NCBI GenBank assembly: GCA_037447605.1 | Contig: CM074808.1 | Span: forward strand, 3,162,001-3,226,000 | DNA: 64,000 nt | Direction of reading: 5' to 3' | Source: Zygnema circumcarinatum SAG 698-1b | Lineage: Eukaryota; Plantae; Zygnematophyceae | Shown here: piece after piece, positions 27,782-40,025 of the stretch | Layout: each line of letters opens with the position of its first letter | Numbering within the stretch: position 1 is the stretch's first letter | Made by a program: the position numbers and the translations under genes | Notes under the pieces: generated by a model | Seen by the model: only the letters and a program-made list of their open reading frames with translations | The model's database searches: none | What the model was told of the DNA's origin: nothing

Positions 27782-30700
27782 TTAATCAAGTGAGCCAATA
27801 GCAAGGGCAACTTGAAAGCTATTGGCTGATGCTTTGGTATACATCCGATGCTGTTGCTTTCCAAGAGCTTCTTCTGTAAGAGCCTCCAACTTATTACTAT
27901 CTAGGGCTGCGTTTTTACCATCCAAGTCAGTGGACCCGGTCTCGTCATCGCTGTCAGGGCGCACTTCATCCTCCGCTGGCCACATGGGACAGACCATGAT
28001 GACCTCCCGTTCTATGGGAGCATGCCCGTTTAACTGATTTCCCATTTGTTCTTGCCGGGCTTTTCTGCTCGACCGCTTTGGGGTTTCCGCTTGCGGTGGA
28101 AATAAACCAACGACGATGTCTCGCTCGGAAGTATTCTCCTGCCATCGCCCCATTTGGGTGTGGTGGGTCTTTAGGGAAAGAACACACAAACGAAAGAAAG
28201 GCGAGAGTGGAAGGGTTCAGGAACTTTTTGAAGGCACAGTGACCCACCTCCGCTTCTCCTTTGGAGAGGTCAACCTCCGCAGTCCCCTCATCTCTGCCCT
28301 CAAGGAGGGCGGCCACGAGCCGGCGAGACCCCCCAAGATGCTGCCACATGGCGGCAGCCGCCACCCCCTTCGCCTCCATTCGCTGGAAAGCATCACACAG
28401 CTGAAGGAGCTCGAGCTGCCCTGCCGTGCTGCCACCTGTCTCTTCCCCGACTGGCCGATAGGTAGCAGATGGGCAAAAACGAGCACATCCATATCAATTT
28501 TCAGGTTTTTTTATGTGAAAGTTGAAGCATTCGAAGAACACAGCGCGATCAAATTGTACACTTGTTGACTCAAATCGTCAATAATGCCGACATGAAGGGA
28601 GGAGGAAGCCCATAGGAGAGGAGAGGAAGAGAGAGAAGCACACACTTGAAGGAGGTGCAGCAATCTACAACGCCATAAGCTAACGTTCAAAGAGATTCTG
28701 ATTTTTTTGAGAACTTTTGGCAAAAACCTAGAAGGCAAAACCATGGCGCAATGCTTATTACCACGTGTCATCCATCGCTCTGTTGTCGAGATCAGCAGAG
28801 TTTCCATGAGAGCGTTCAGCCTTTTCCGTTCCGTCGCCACCGCCGGAAGATCCGCTCCGTTGGACTGCGCCATCACATGTGTCGCAGCGGAGAATGCGCA
28901 GCGGAGAAGCTGAGCCATCAGATCCAACGGCTGAATCGTGTCAAGATAATGGAGCGCCTGCAAAGGAAAAAAAGGAGGAAGGGAGAGCAGAAAAACAAGT
29001 TCAATTAAATGGACGACAATTGAATTGATTCCATGAAATAAAAGCCGGCACATGTATGATTAGTTTTGGCCCCTTACAACCTTTATTTTTGCAAAATTCT
29101 AAAGCGCTTTCCCCAAGTGACTCCCTACTCCAGTCCCTCCTATGTTCACTCCTACCATTCTCAACTCCCCTCCCACTCCTCTCCCTCTCCCATACCTTGT
29201 GGGCTTCTTGTTCATAGTCAAAGAGAGCCTTCTGTTCAGACGCAGCTTCCATGGGCGCCTTCCCCCATAACAGCATCCAAAGGTTCCCCTCCGACTTCAT
29301 TCTCTCTGACAGCTGCCCCCTCGGCGGCCACTCCTCCCTCCCTCCTCTTCTACCTTCCAGGCCCCCTCCTTCCCTCTCTCCCCCTCTCCCGCCCCGTGCT
29401 CTCTCTCTCCCACCATCCTCCTCAATCAGATATGACCTTTTTACTCCCCTATCGTCGCAATTCCCCACACCGTTAGGACGCTCCTCCCGCCTTTCTACAC
29501 TCTCTGCCTTTCCCATCCCTCCCTCCCTTTCCTGAAGCATGGAGAGAGTATGACCCATAAACGCTGAACCCCTTTCTGAGCCAGATGACTCTGAACCCTT
29601 GCAAACTCTCTCCTCCCTGAACCCCTCACCCTCTACAGAACTCAAATTTTCCATTTGCCCAGCCTCTCTCGCAGCTGCCAGCTGGCGGCTCCCTATTGGA
29701 GGATTCTCGGGAATCCAGTCTCTCGGCGAATACCAGCGGATGAAGTCTTCGAAGACTGCTCCCGGATTGGCTGCCTTGAAGGCGGACATATCTGAGGGTT
29801 ACAGGCAGGTCTTTTTCAACTCCATCAGCTTGAGCTCTAAGTTTTAGGGTTTTTTAGGGTTTCGGGTTATGTTTTAGACTCAAAGCCTGAATAACTTTTA
29901 ACTTTTTAGCTAACTTTTTAGGGTTTTTTGAAGCTTTATGACCCCCCGATACCTCGGAAATTCTGGAATTGAACAATAACCATACAAAAAACAACCAAAA
30001 AAAAAGAAAGGGGAAGAACAAAAACACTTGTATCACCTGAGATGATAATTTTCCCTTGCAGACGTGCTCGGGCTTCGGCCGCCTGCATTCGAACTCAGCC
30101 CTAGCCACTCATTTGAACCATGCAAATAAACCCTTCTAATTCTTCACATTCACGTTTTCACAATCATGTTCAATTCAAAAACTCAAAAGGGTTCCAACGA
30201 TCCCGCGCTACACTCCTCAACAACATCAACTATCTTTTTTTCTGTTTTCTGCACAGCTCTGAGGGCAGCATATTTTTTTTTTGCACCCACCGATGGCGAG
30301 TCATCCAATGCCTGCAGCGCCTCCTCCCGCACTCTCACCACATCCCCCGTCAAATGCACATCTTCCTGCCCTCCCATCCACAGAGAGCAATGAACCCCAT
30401 ATTCCTAAAACTCTATACACTCCAAAAGTTTACAACCAGACAAACCGAAAACATGTGAGTGGTGGGACCCACCTGAGTGATGGGAACAGCCATGGGAGTG
30501 CGCCTATGCAGCAGCATAAGACCTCCAGCAGGGCCTAAGACGCCTATGGGCTCTCTCTCCGCACTCTCGCTCTCCTTCCCTCCCTGTCCCTCTCTCTCGC
30601 CTTCTCCCTGTCCCTGTCCCTCTCTCTCTCCCTCTCTTTCTCCCTCTCTCTCTCCCCCTCTCTCTCCCTCTCCTTCTCTCATAGATCCTCCAGATGCAGA

Positions 30701-30886
30701 TCCATGGTTGCTGCTGGTCTGCTCCTCCCCCATCTCCCCCAGCTCCATGGAACTGCAAGCACAGAGAATAAGAGGAGAGGGATTGGGGAAGGAAGGGAAG
30801 AAGAAATGGGAGAAGAGGAGTGGAAGGAGGAAAGGAACGGAGGAGGAGAGCAGAGCGAGAGAGAGAGAGAGGGAGAGAGAGAGAGA

Positions 30887-30922
<36 letters not shown>

Positions 30923-33900
30923 GTTTCAAAGATCCAAACAAAAATTTTGCAAGAGAGCTTCACCTGTCGACATCTGGCAGGCTCGCATAGGTCGTGCTGT
31001 CACTCGCTGCTTCGCTGGACTCAGCCTCCGCGGTGCCACGTGGCCCGTAGCCATTGGTCGAAAGCACCAGATTTTTTTCGGGCTGCCCGGAGGAATATGA
31101 GTCAACCCGCGGCAGGAGAGCTGCCAAGTCCTGCAAAGGGCAAACTTTTCTGATTTAAAAAAAAAAAAAAAAAAAACAAAGCGGAAACCCGAATCCTTAG
31201 TTTCTACAATCTTGAGACCACGGAGAGATTCACAATCCAAAAAAAATAGTCCCAAAATTCACCGAGAGAAGGTAAAGAATGGAATGAATGAGGAAATATG
31301 AGGGAATTCCTTGTCTCGAGGATTAAACGTAGAAACAAGGGAATAACAGTATCAGCTCAAACAAGTAAAAAATCGCAGCTCACATCAATTCTCTCCCACC
31401 CGTTCTCATCGGTGAGGTCTTCGCCATTCTCTGCAGACTCAAACTCGTCTGATTGAAAACTCTTCCATCTATTGCTACCCAATTCTCTGTCCTTGTCCGA
31501 CTCTTCCTCTCTTTCTCCCACTTCATTCCCCTCTCCCTCCCTCTCCACCTCATCTTCTCCTCTGTCTTCAACGCCGTTGTCAGTGCTCTCCCAGGTCACC
31601 TCCCCCCTCAGTTCTCCTTCCTCACTTGTCCAATGAGAAACGTCCACGTGGCGAGCAGCTACGCGGCTATTGGCCCTCGCTGCTGACCTGGCGTGCACTT
31701 CCGCAGCTCGCTCCTCCAGCGCCCGCTTCGCTGTCTCAGTCTTTCTGCGAATGCAGAGTGCAAGCTGGCAGCATATGGAGAGGGAACAGGAGAGGGAGAG
31801 AGAGAGAGAGGAAGGGGGGGCGGGAGAGGGAGGGCGAGAGAGAGAGAGAGAGAGTGAGAGACATTATCATTTTCGAAGAAATGTCATCATTAAAAAAAGA
31901 TAGCACTCTGGCATTCGCCTTCGCTCCAATAATAAACCCTTAAGTCAATCTAAAGATAAATATCTGACCCCAATCCTAAACCGAGACCCGGACCTCGCCC
32001 GAAACCCTAACCCTAACACAAACACTCCCCCTACCCCTCACCCTAACCCTGCAACTAACCCTAATCCTAACCCCTACCCCAACCCCAACCCTAACCCTAA
32101 TTCTAACCCTAACCCTAACCCTAACCCTAACCCTAACCCTAACCCTAACCCTAACCCTAACCCTAACCCTAACCCTAACCCTAACCCTAACCCTAACCCT
32201 AACCCTAACCCTCACCCTAACCCTCACCCTAACCCTCACCCTAACCCTCACCCTAACCCTCACCCTAACCCTCACCCTAACCCTCACCCTAACCCTCACC
32301 CTAACCCTCACCCTAACCCTCACCCTAACCCTAACCCTAACCCTAACCCTAACCCTCACCCTCACCCTCACCCTCCCTAACCCTAACCCTCACCCTAACC
32401 CTCACCCTAACCCTCACCCTAACCCTCACCCTAACCCTCACCCTAACCCTCACCCTAACCCTCACCCTCACCCTAACCCTAACCCTAACCCTAACCCTAA
32501 CCCTAGCCCTCACCCTCACCCTCATCCTAACCCTAACCCTATCCCTAGCCCTGCCCCTACCCCCCCCACCATCTGCAGCTCTTGGTGCAGGAGGCAGCAG
32601 CTCAAGTCCGGCCCCTCCGCATGCACGCGAGGGAGAGGGCGGGCCTCCTCCCACAGCCACCCCACCTCCGCACGGAACTCCCTCCAGAGGGTGGCTATGG
32701 CTGCCCTACCACCGTCCAGTTCAACATACATCCCGTCAGTTATAAAATGAGAAAAAAGGAATGTCCAGAAAAAGCAAATAGTCCCTCTTTTGTTTCGTGT
32801 TTTTCTTTGTTTGTTTGTTTTTTTTTTTTTTTTTTTGTTCGACTTCTTCACCTTTGATATTACAGTCTCCAAATCGCAGAACGTGCAGCGCAAAACGTGC
32901 GAGCAACGAATCGGGGGGCGCTGATTTGGCCAGAATTTCTTCCTTCCTGCTTTTCTTGGAGATTTTTTCACCTTCCTGCTGACGAGGGGCTGAATCAGTT
33001 TACACCACCAGCCCATGTTTACCTACAGAGTCAGAAACTTCAAAAAATCTCGCCATACAAGCCGAAAAAAATGGTCGATTCTATGCCATGAACTCAGTTC
33101 AAATGCTATTATACTGTTCATGTACTGCAGCTTTCCTTCACAGAATGCTCCATATTTACCGTCATAGAAAAGGTCTTTAATGACTCGTTGTATAACGGAC
33201 TGTGGGGGAACTGCCATGTAGCCTCCCCCTCCCGCTCTCCTCAGAGAAGCTCTCCCTTCCTCTGTCCAACAGAACTTCAAAAACAGGTTCAGGACATAAA
33301 CCCTCCAACCCGAAAACTCCGAAAAGACCTCTACCTTCCTTCCTTTACCGGATAGACCTCAACGAAAAAAACCATAGAAACTCTGAAAGCTCAAAAAGGG
33401 ACTTGCCTGAAACAAAGTCGTCCATATGTCGCAGTCTTGTCTCTACCGCTCTCTCGCAAGCAGAGGAGAGCAATAGCAGCCGCCATGCAAAACCCGGCCA
33501 CTCCTCCAACCTCCCCTCTCCCTCCCTCTGCCCTCCCACTGCTCTGCACCCACCACTCCTCGGAGCGAGAAAAATGACGAGTTTTCTACTTTTTTTTTGA
33601 GAAGTGATGATAACTTCCAGCTTGAAAAACGGTGGTTGATCAGATCACCGACACATGGAACTGTTTCATTTAAACGGCAATACACCTTTAGGACCCTACA
33701 CTTATTGTGACCCTAAAAGCTTGAAGTTGAGGTGAGCGGAGAGGTAGAGAACAAGAGGGGAGAAGAGAGGCTCTCTCACCCTCTCTCAGCAGAAACCACG
33801 CGGAGAGACCAACGGTCCGCTGAAAGGGGCGACAACAGTTCTAACTGCGCCATAGAACTGCTGCTGCGAGCCGCCAAACTGTTCCATGTGGCAGTTAAAC

Positions 33901-36900
33901 GGCATGCTGCTTCCACCCATTCCACCTTACTGCTCAGATTTCTTACTAGACCAAACGATGGAAAAGGTGAAGAACACAAGGGGCAAAAAGGAGCAACGAA
34001 ATTATTTCAAAGTAGGGCCAAATTCTGACCTTTAATGGGATCCTCCATAGAGTGCCATTCCCCCCAAGGGCAGCCCTCATCCCACAATGCTCCCAAAGGC
34101 CATTCACTTTCCTCTTCATCCTCATGTTGTTGTTGAGCCGACGATTTTGACCCATCCTCTGCAAAATCCCGCCTCTGTTTTACGGATTTTTCGTACACCA
34201 AACGCATGGAAACTGCCACCTGTGGATGGCCCCCATGTGCGACAAAAGGGACTTCACCAACCTGCACGAACATGCGAAAAATGAGAAAAGGGAAAAGGGA
34301 GAATTTATCTTAGAAAAAGAAAATAACAGAAATAACTAAAGTTGAGCCCCAGTATCTAGCAATCGTATTTTCTCACCAGCTTGGCAGAAAAGTAGTCGTA
34401 CAATCCCTCCAAGTGGAACAAAGAGGGAGGCACTCGCCCTGCAAGCCGGTCCGACTCGAAGACGAATGAGGGCCCGCCACGTGGCAGTTGCTGGAGCCCT
34501 CTATACGCATTCCTCTCGCGTGTGGGGACAAATCCGGGCCACGAACTGCACTCCACTCCCCGCCCCAAAAAAACCTAAAAATTAGGGTTTCTTGTTTAAG
34601 ATTTGTTCCACGAGAAGAGGAAACATGTTATGTTATAACATGTGAACCTGTTATTTTTTCGAATTTTCAACATTTTTTTTTCCAAGTAATGTGCGATGAA
34701 ACCGACCAATGGGAGTTGGAGAGAGCGCAGGCCAATGTGCTGAGAAGGAGAGCTGCTTCAGATGGCTCTCCCGCCTCTCCACTTAAAGTCAAAGGGGCCA
34801 AAATCTGACCCCACACACAACCCAGTTTCTAGTAAGAAAATCAGAAAAGAATTTCTCTCTTTGGGGGTGGATAGAGGTTCCAAACAAGGAGAGAGTTTCT
34901 TTTTCAGGCTGCTATTCGTTCTGATCTTTCGTTATGAGCATAACTGCCACTTATATTTTACTCCAAAAGAGAAAGAAAAATAAGGCATGTTAGTGATCAT
35001 ATTTACCAGAAACTGCTCCACCCCAAAAAGGAGAGGGAGAGGGTGGCCCTCTCTGCTCCATTCGCCTGCACAGCGCTTCACAATTGAAAGCTTTAAGGGT
35101 GGCTCCTAGGGAGCATAGGTAGAGAAGTAGCTATTAGCGGCACGACGTTAAGTAAAGAATAACAGAACAAGCTTACTTTTTAAATAGAAATCTTCGAATC
35201 TCCCCCTGAATTGATGAATTGCCTACCTTTCTTGCTGAGAGAGACATTTTTCTGCGCTTCGGCGGAAGGAAAGAAGAGAGAGAGGCCATAGAGTTGGTCT
35301 CCGTAGGGCTGCTCGTGAAGGAGAGAGAGCAGCCATGGAGCTTCTGGGGAAGAAGGGATTCCTCCCTCCTGCCACTGAAGGACCAAAAAGGAAAAGTTTA
35401 CCGCACTAGAAACGCAAAAATCTGTACGCGGGAGTTGCCTTTGATTGGAGAAAACTCAGAAGAGACAATTAAGACAGCAAGATTGAAAAATTGGGGGGAG
35501 GGAATTCAGCAATTCAAATCCATTTCGCGAGGGAAGGGAAGGGAGGGAAGTGAGGGTAGTGATGGAAGCCCAAAAGCTTCAATTAAGAACGGCTTTGATA
35601 GAGGAGTGGATTCATGTGACAGGAATGAGGAGAGAGAGGGAGGGAGGTAGGGAAAGAGGGAGGGCAAGAGGAAGGGAGAGAGGAGGGATGGAGGGCGAGG
35701 GGGAAGGGGAGGGTGGCAAAGTTGGGAGGGGGGAGGGGATGGGGGCGAGGTGGGGGGGAGGGGGAGGGGGAGGGAGGGTTGGGAATTGGGAAGGGGTGAG
35801 GGGGGAGGGAGAGAGAGACACACACCTGCAAAGCCTCAATTCCGACCGCCTTCCATTGCCGGATAACACCCTCCACTCCTGCAATAAGCCTGTCCATGCC
35901 AACTGCAAAATGGTAAGCTTTAGCTTAGAAAAGCTTTACATCTAGTCAGATTAACTCAGAATCTGACTGTTGTGATCGCAAAATTCAAGCGGATGCCAAG
36001 CTTCGTCGGATTAAAGGGCGCCAACGGAAAGGGAAAGTGCTCAAAGTGTTGTGCATGCTTTTGGAATCAAGAACGAATACTCTATAATGTGAGAAAGGGA
36101 GGGAGGGAGGCGCACACCTCTCCCAGGGGGTGATGAGAGTGAAGTCGTCGAAGCTCTCCGGCTGCAGCCACAGAATGGAGGGAAGAGGGAGAGGACCCTC
36201 AGAGAGTTGCGAGGAGAAGGGAGTATGGCCCTTTCAAGGAGGAAGGGAATAGGGGAGGCGAAGGAGGAGGGGAAGGAGAGGGAGGAGAAGGTGGAAGAGA
36301 GGGAGGAGACGGAAGAGAGGACGGAGGGTGGAGAATACGGAGATAGAGAGGGAGGTGGAGGCCAAGAGAAAAGATGGGAGGACGAAGAGGAGGAAAGTGG
36401 CCAGGGAAGGAGGAAGCGGGAGAAACGAGGTAGGGCTAAAAGCAGGAAAGGTAGAGAAGGCAGGCAGGATGAAGGGGAGGGAGGAAAGAAGGAAGGTACG
36501 GAGGGAGGACGAACAACAAGGAGGAAGGTCAAAGCGAAAACAAGGGAGAGCGAGAGAGAGGGAAGGAGACAGTGAGGAAGAGAGGTGGGAGGGAGGGCAA
36601 AGGAAGGGACGGATTGAGGCAGGAGGCGAAGGAGAGACACGAGGCAGAGTGGGAAGGGACTGTGAAGTGAAAGTAGGGAAATAATGAAGAAAGCTGACAT
36701 GGTAAGAAATAAAAGCAAAATGAAAAAACACATCAAGGCGGGTAGAAGGGAAGAAATTGCTAGTTTCTTAAAGGAATTTCATTAATAAACATAAGGCAGG
36801 AAGCATCCTCCATGCATTGCTGTCATTGAGAGTCGGTCCCAAATTAAAAAAAAACTAAAAAATCAAAATCAGTCCGCCCCAGCATAAACTTTGCTTTCGC

Positions 36901-37510
36901 TCCTTATCCGCAAGAGGGAGGGAGGGAGGGAGGAAGGAATGGGGGGGAAGGCAGGGAAGGGAAAGAGAACCGAGGTAGGAGTGGGAAGGGACGGCGAAAG
37001 CGTAAAAAGAAAAATAATGAAGAAAGCCGACATGGTAAGAAAACAAACACAAGGCACCGAGAGAGGAATAAAGTGCTATAATTTTTTAAATTATTTCACA
37101 AATAAAGTCAACAGAGGTAGGAAATATCTTCCAAGCTTTGGTGCCATAAGAGGCCGTTCAAACAACAAACCAAAATCAGTGCGCCTCAGCATAATTCTTT
37201 CTTTCGCTCCTTTCCGTGATAATGTAATGAATTTGACTTTAAACTTGGGCTAATTTAAACGCATTTTGATCAGCCGAAGTGTCGCTCCGCTGCCCTACGC
37301 TCCATTGTCGGGCAGAGCCCGGCAGGACATAGAGTGGGAGACTGAGAAAGGCCGGGAGGGGGGGAGGGAAGAAGGGAGAGTGCGAGAGAGAGAGAGAGAA
37401 TAAGAGAGAGAGAGCACCTCTTCGTCGTCCCGCTGCTGGTCGGAGCCATAGCGCCAGTCCCCCTCGCTCTCCGCCTCTTTCACAGCTCCCGCCATGGCGG
37501 AGCCCCGCAT
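27782..37510 (-). CDS. RAB3GAP1: Rab3 GTPase-activating protein catalytic subunit (multi-exon, ~10 kb)
   Basis: Conserved blocks: DRLIAGVEGVIRQW, AIATLWREFRAEVGWLWE..PDLSCCLLHQELQM|LALCIRRK, MSAFKAANPGAVFEDFIRWYSPRDW, GQLSERM..GNLW..LFDYEQEAHKVLHYL and HRMY..ALAIGSLD. The start codon is at 37510 or 37495. Confidence 0.92.
31976..32560 (-). repeat. Interstitial telomeric repeat array (TTAGGG)n with TGAGGG variants, inside a RAB3GAP1 intron (31765-32569)
   Basis: 17 perfect CCCTAA units at 32107-32208. Ten CCCTCA-CCCTAA dimers at 32209-32328 and six more at 32387-32458. The edges are degenerate. Confidence 0.97.
36100..36680. repeat. Long GA/CT polypurine low-complexity tract in the RAB3GAP1 5' intron region
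   Basis: Almost exclusively A/G on the + strand. Confidence 0.85.
36650..37217. repeat. Degenerate tandem duplication (~300-330 bp unit) in the RAB3GAP1 5' intron region
   Basis: Shared blocks AGTGGGAAGGGAC, AATAATGAAGAAAGCYGACATGGTAAGAAA (~36680 and ~37013) and AAATCAGT-CGCC-CAGCATAA..CTTTCGCTCCTT-TCCG (~36866 and ~37172). Confidence 0.75.
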
Positions 37511-37862
37511 CTGTGCAGTCCGCGGGAGAGCTATGAAGCTCCTCCTTCGTTGCCACGCGGCGCCACGCGCTCCTCGCACGTGCGAACGTCCCGCCCTTCA
37601 ACTTCTCTGTATGAAGCTCTCTGCTGCAATTGACCGCGAGGGGACCAAACTTGTATCTATTTTACTTTAAAGTTTCTTCTCGTTTCTTTGAGAGAGGGAG
37701 AGGGAGAGGGAGAGGAAGGTTTCCACCTCGCACGAAGGTAGAAGCATGTGCGCTACCACTCGCTCCTCCACTTTTTTCCACTCTCTCCCCATCGCGTCAA
37801 AGCCTCGCAGACTCTCCCTTTTCCCCACCTCTCTTCACAGCCCGCGGCTTTCAGTAATATCC

Positions 37863-39080
37863 ATGGCTTCTTCCAACGGCAATTCTAGAAGCTCGTCTCA
37901 TGTTTCAGATAGCTCCAAGCATGCAGTTATCCTTGGAGGCGGAGTCATCGGCGCCTGCACTGCATATTACCTCTCTCAGAAAGGATTGAAAGTGACAGTT
38001 GTTGAACGATGTGAAGTGGCATCCTCCGCTTCCGGAAAGGCGGGTGGTTTCCTGGCACTTGACTGGTGCAGGGGGCCTCTTGATCAGCTGGCACGTGTCA
38101 GCTTCCGGTTGCACGAACAGCTGGCAGGGGAGCTCGGAGGTGAAGACTATGGCTACCGGAGAGTGGATACTTGGAGTGTGAGCGTTAGAGAGGCGGCAGG
38201 AGGAAGGGCGAAGGGAGGGAAAGGCAGCGGTGACACTCTTCCTGCATGGGTTGACGGAACGGTAGATGCAAGCGGCTGCATTGGAACAACAAAGAGTAAT
38301 GCGCAAGTTAATCCTAAATTGTTCACGCAAACTCTTCTGAATATAGCAATTCAAAAGTATGGGGTCAGTTTGATCATAGGTGAAGCGCAGGAGGTTGTTC
38401 TTCAAGAGTCGGAAGGGAATGTGGGATCGACGACAGGGAGGAGCTCGGAGAGAACAAAGGGGAAGGTGACAGGTGTCATGGTGGACGGCAGGAAGATTCC
38501 TGCAGACGTAGCAGTAATAGCCATGGGGCCTTGGTCCAGCAATAACAGACTTTTGGGACAGCTTACCAAGTTATCGGGGCTGAAAGCGCACAGTGTCATA
38601 TTGAAACCCTCGAACCCTAATGCAATTTCTCCACACATGCTCTTCCTGCAATACAGAACTAAAGATGGGAGGGCATTGGAGCCAGAGGTTTATCCACGCC
38701 CAAATGGAGAAGTTTACGTTTGTGGAATGTCGGAAGATGTGATCACTCCGGAAAACCCCTTAGATGTTCAACCTTCCATTGGAGCTTCCGCTGCTCTATG
38801 CAAAATCGCAGCGACTGTTTCCAGCGAGCTTGTGGATGCAGAGTGTGTTGCCGAGCAGGCGTGTTTGCTGCCTTGTTCGGAGGATGGAATACCGATTATT
38901 GGAGCCATTCCGGGAGTAAGGGGGGCCTACGTGGGGACGGGACATAGCTGCTGGGGCATTCTTAATGGCCCAGCCACAGGCCTCGCCTTGGCGGAGCTCA
39001 TAGCTGAGGGGGAGAGCAGTACAGTCAATTTGAAATCCTTCAGTCCGCAGCGGTTTCTTGTGGGAGCGAGGCGGGGGTGA
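37863..39080 (+). CDS. Intronless FAD-dependent oxidoreductase, DAO family (TDA3/YHR009C-like), 405 aa
   Basis: Single ORF with ILGGGVIG, ASGKAGGFLALDW, VIAMGPWS, PEVYPRP and GTGHSCWGILNGPATG motifs. Confidence 0.93.
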   Translation: MASSNGNSRSSSHVSDSSKHAVILGGGVIGACTAYYLSQKGLKVTVVERCEVASSASGKAGGFLALDWCRGPLDQLARVSFRLHEQLAGELGGEDYGYRRVDTWSVSVREAAGGRAKGGKGSGDTLPAWVDGTVDASGCIGTTKSNAQVNPKLFTQTLLNIAIQKYGVSLIIGEAQEVVLQESEGNVGSTTGRSSERTKGKVTGVMVDGRKIPADVAVIAMGPWSSNNRLLGQLTKLSGLKAHSVILKPSNPNAISPHMLFLQYRTKDGRALEPEVYPRPNGEVYVCGMSEDVITPENPLDVQPSIGASAALCKIAATVSSELVDAECVAEQACLLPCSEDGIPIIGAIPGVRGAYVGTGHSCWGILNGPATGLALAELIAEGESSTVNLKSFSPQRFLVGARRG

Positions 39081-40025
39081 GTGTTAGGTCTTCTGCAAAT
39101 GAATCAAATGTAAAGTGTAATTAGAGGAAAAGTAACAGACTACGATGCTTTGCTCACACTCGGTTGTCCTAGACACTATCCTGCTAGCAAGCACGATCTG
39201 CAAATAGAAGTACTGGGCATGCGCATGCGGCATCAGTATGCTGCTGTTGGCTTTCAAAAATAAGTGGGCTTATCCATAATGTAACATGTGAATGCGAATG
39301 GCAGGAAGGTGCTCTGCTGTGCTGAGCAACACAATTTTGCAGTATATTATCTTTCGCAGACTAGGGAAATTGGGGCCATGATGTCGCATGATGTTCCACA
39401 TGGAAGATGTTCGAATGCAGTTGATTTTATCTCTATCGAGAATCAATAAACGGGACTTTAGAAGTGGGCAGAGAGTGAACAAAAGAAATTCGGTTCACTT
39501 GTGATAAGTGCAATGGATCCAATCAAGAGGTTGGTTTTACTTAAACAAGCGAAGGATATGGTATTTCTGGGCTCTTTAGGATTGCTAGCAGACGAGGCAG
39601 AAAAAGGTGCTCAGCTTGGAACCGTTAAGCTTCTGGAACACTCATTCAACTGAATGTCGTCACATAGAAAATGCCCATCTGAAAAAACAATTGATTTCAA
39701 TTATGTCTGAAAAGATTAAGAATAGGGTTCCAATGAAATAATAACAGTGATCAGAAAATTCAGGACACTGTATCCGTCTATTAAAGCTACTCAACATAAG
39801 CAAATAAAATATAAATTTGAACACTTCTCAACAAAATCTACCTAACGCGAACCTCTCCAATATTGGCGTTTCCACCATGCTATGTGCACAAGCCTATGCT
39901 TTCTGAACTTTCTTTGCACAAATTAAGAAACAAATTAATCGGAATTCTGCAGATGGAACAGCAAGGGGAGTTATACGCTACCAAGGGTTCAATAGATTTC
40001 AACATCCCACAAGATTGGCCTCCCT

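Noticed and set aside
31976-32371. 131-aa (RV)n ORF
   Set aside because: Translation artefact of the TTAGGG/TGAGGG array. It lies in an intron.
36041-36736. Several 120-230 aa ORFs on both strands
   Set aside because: They arise from a stop-poor GA/CT low-complexity tract and have no domain content.
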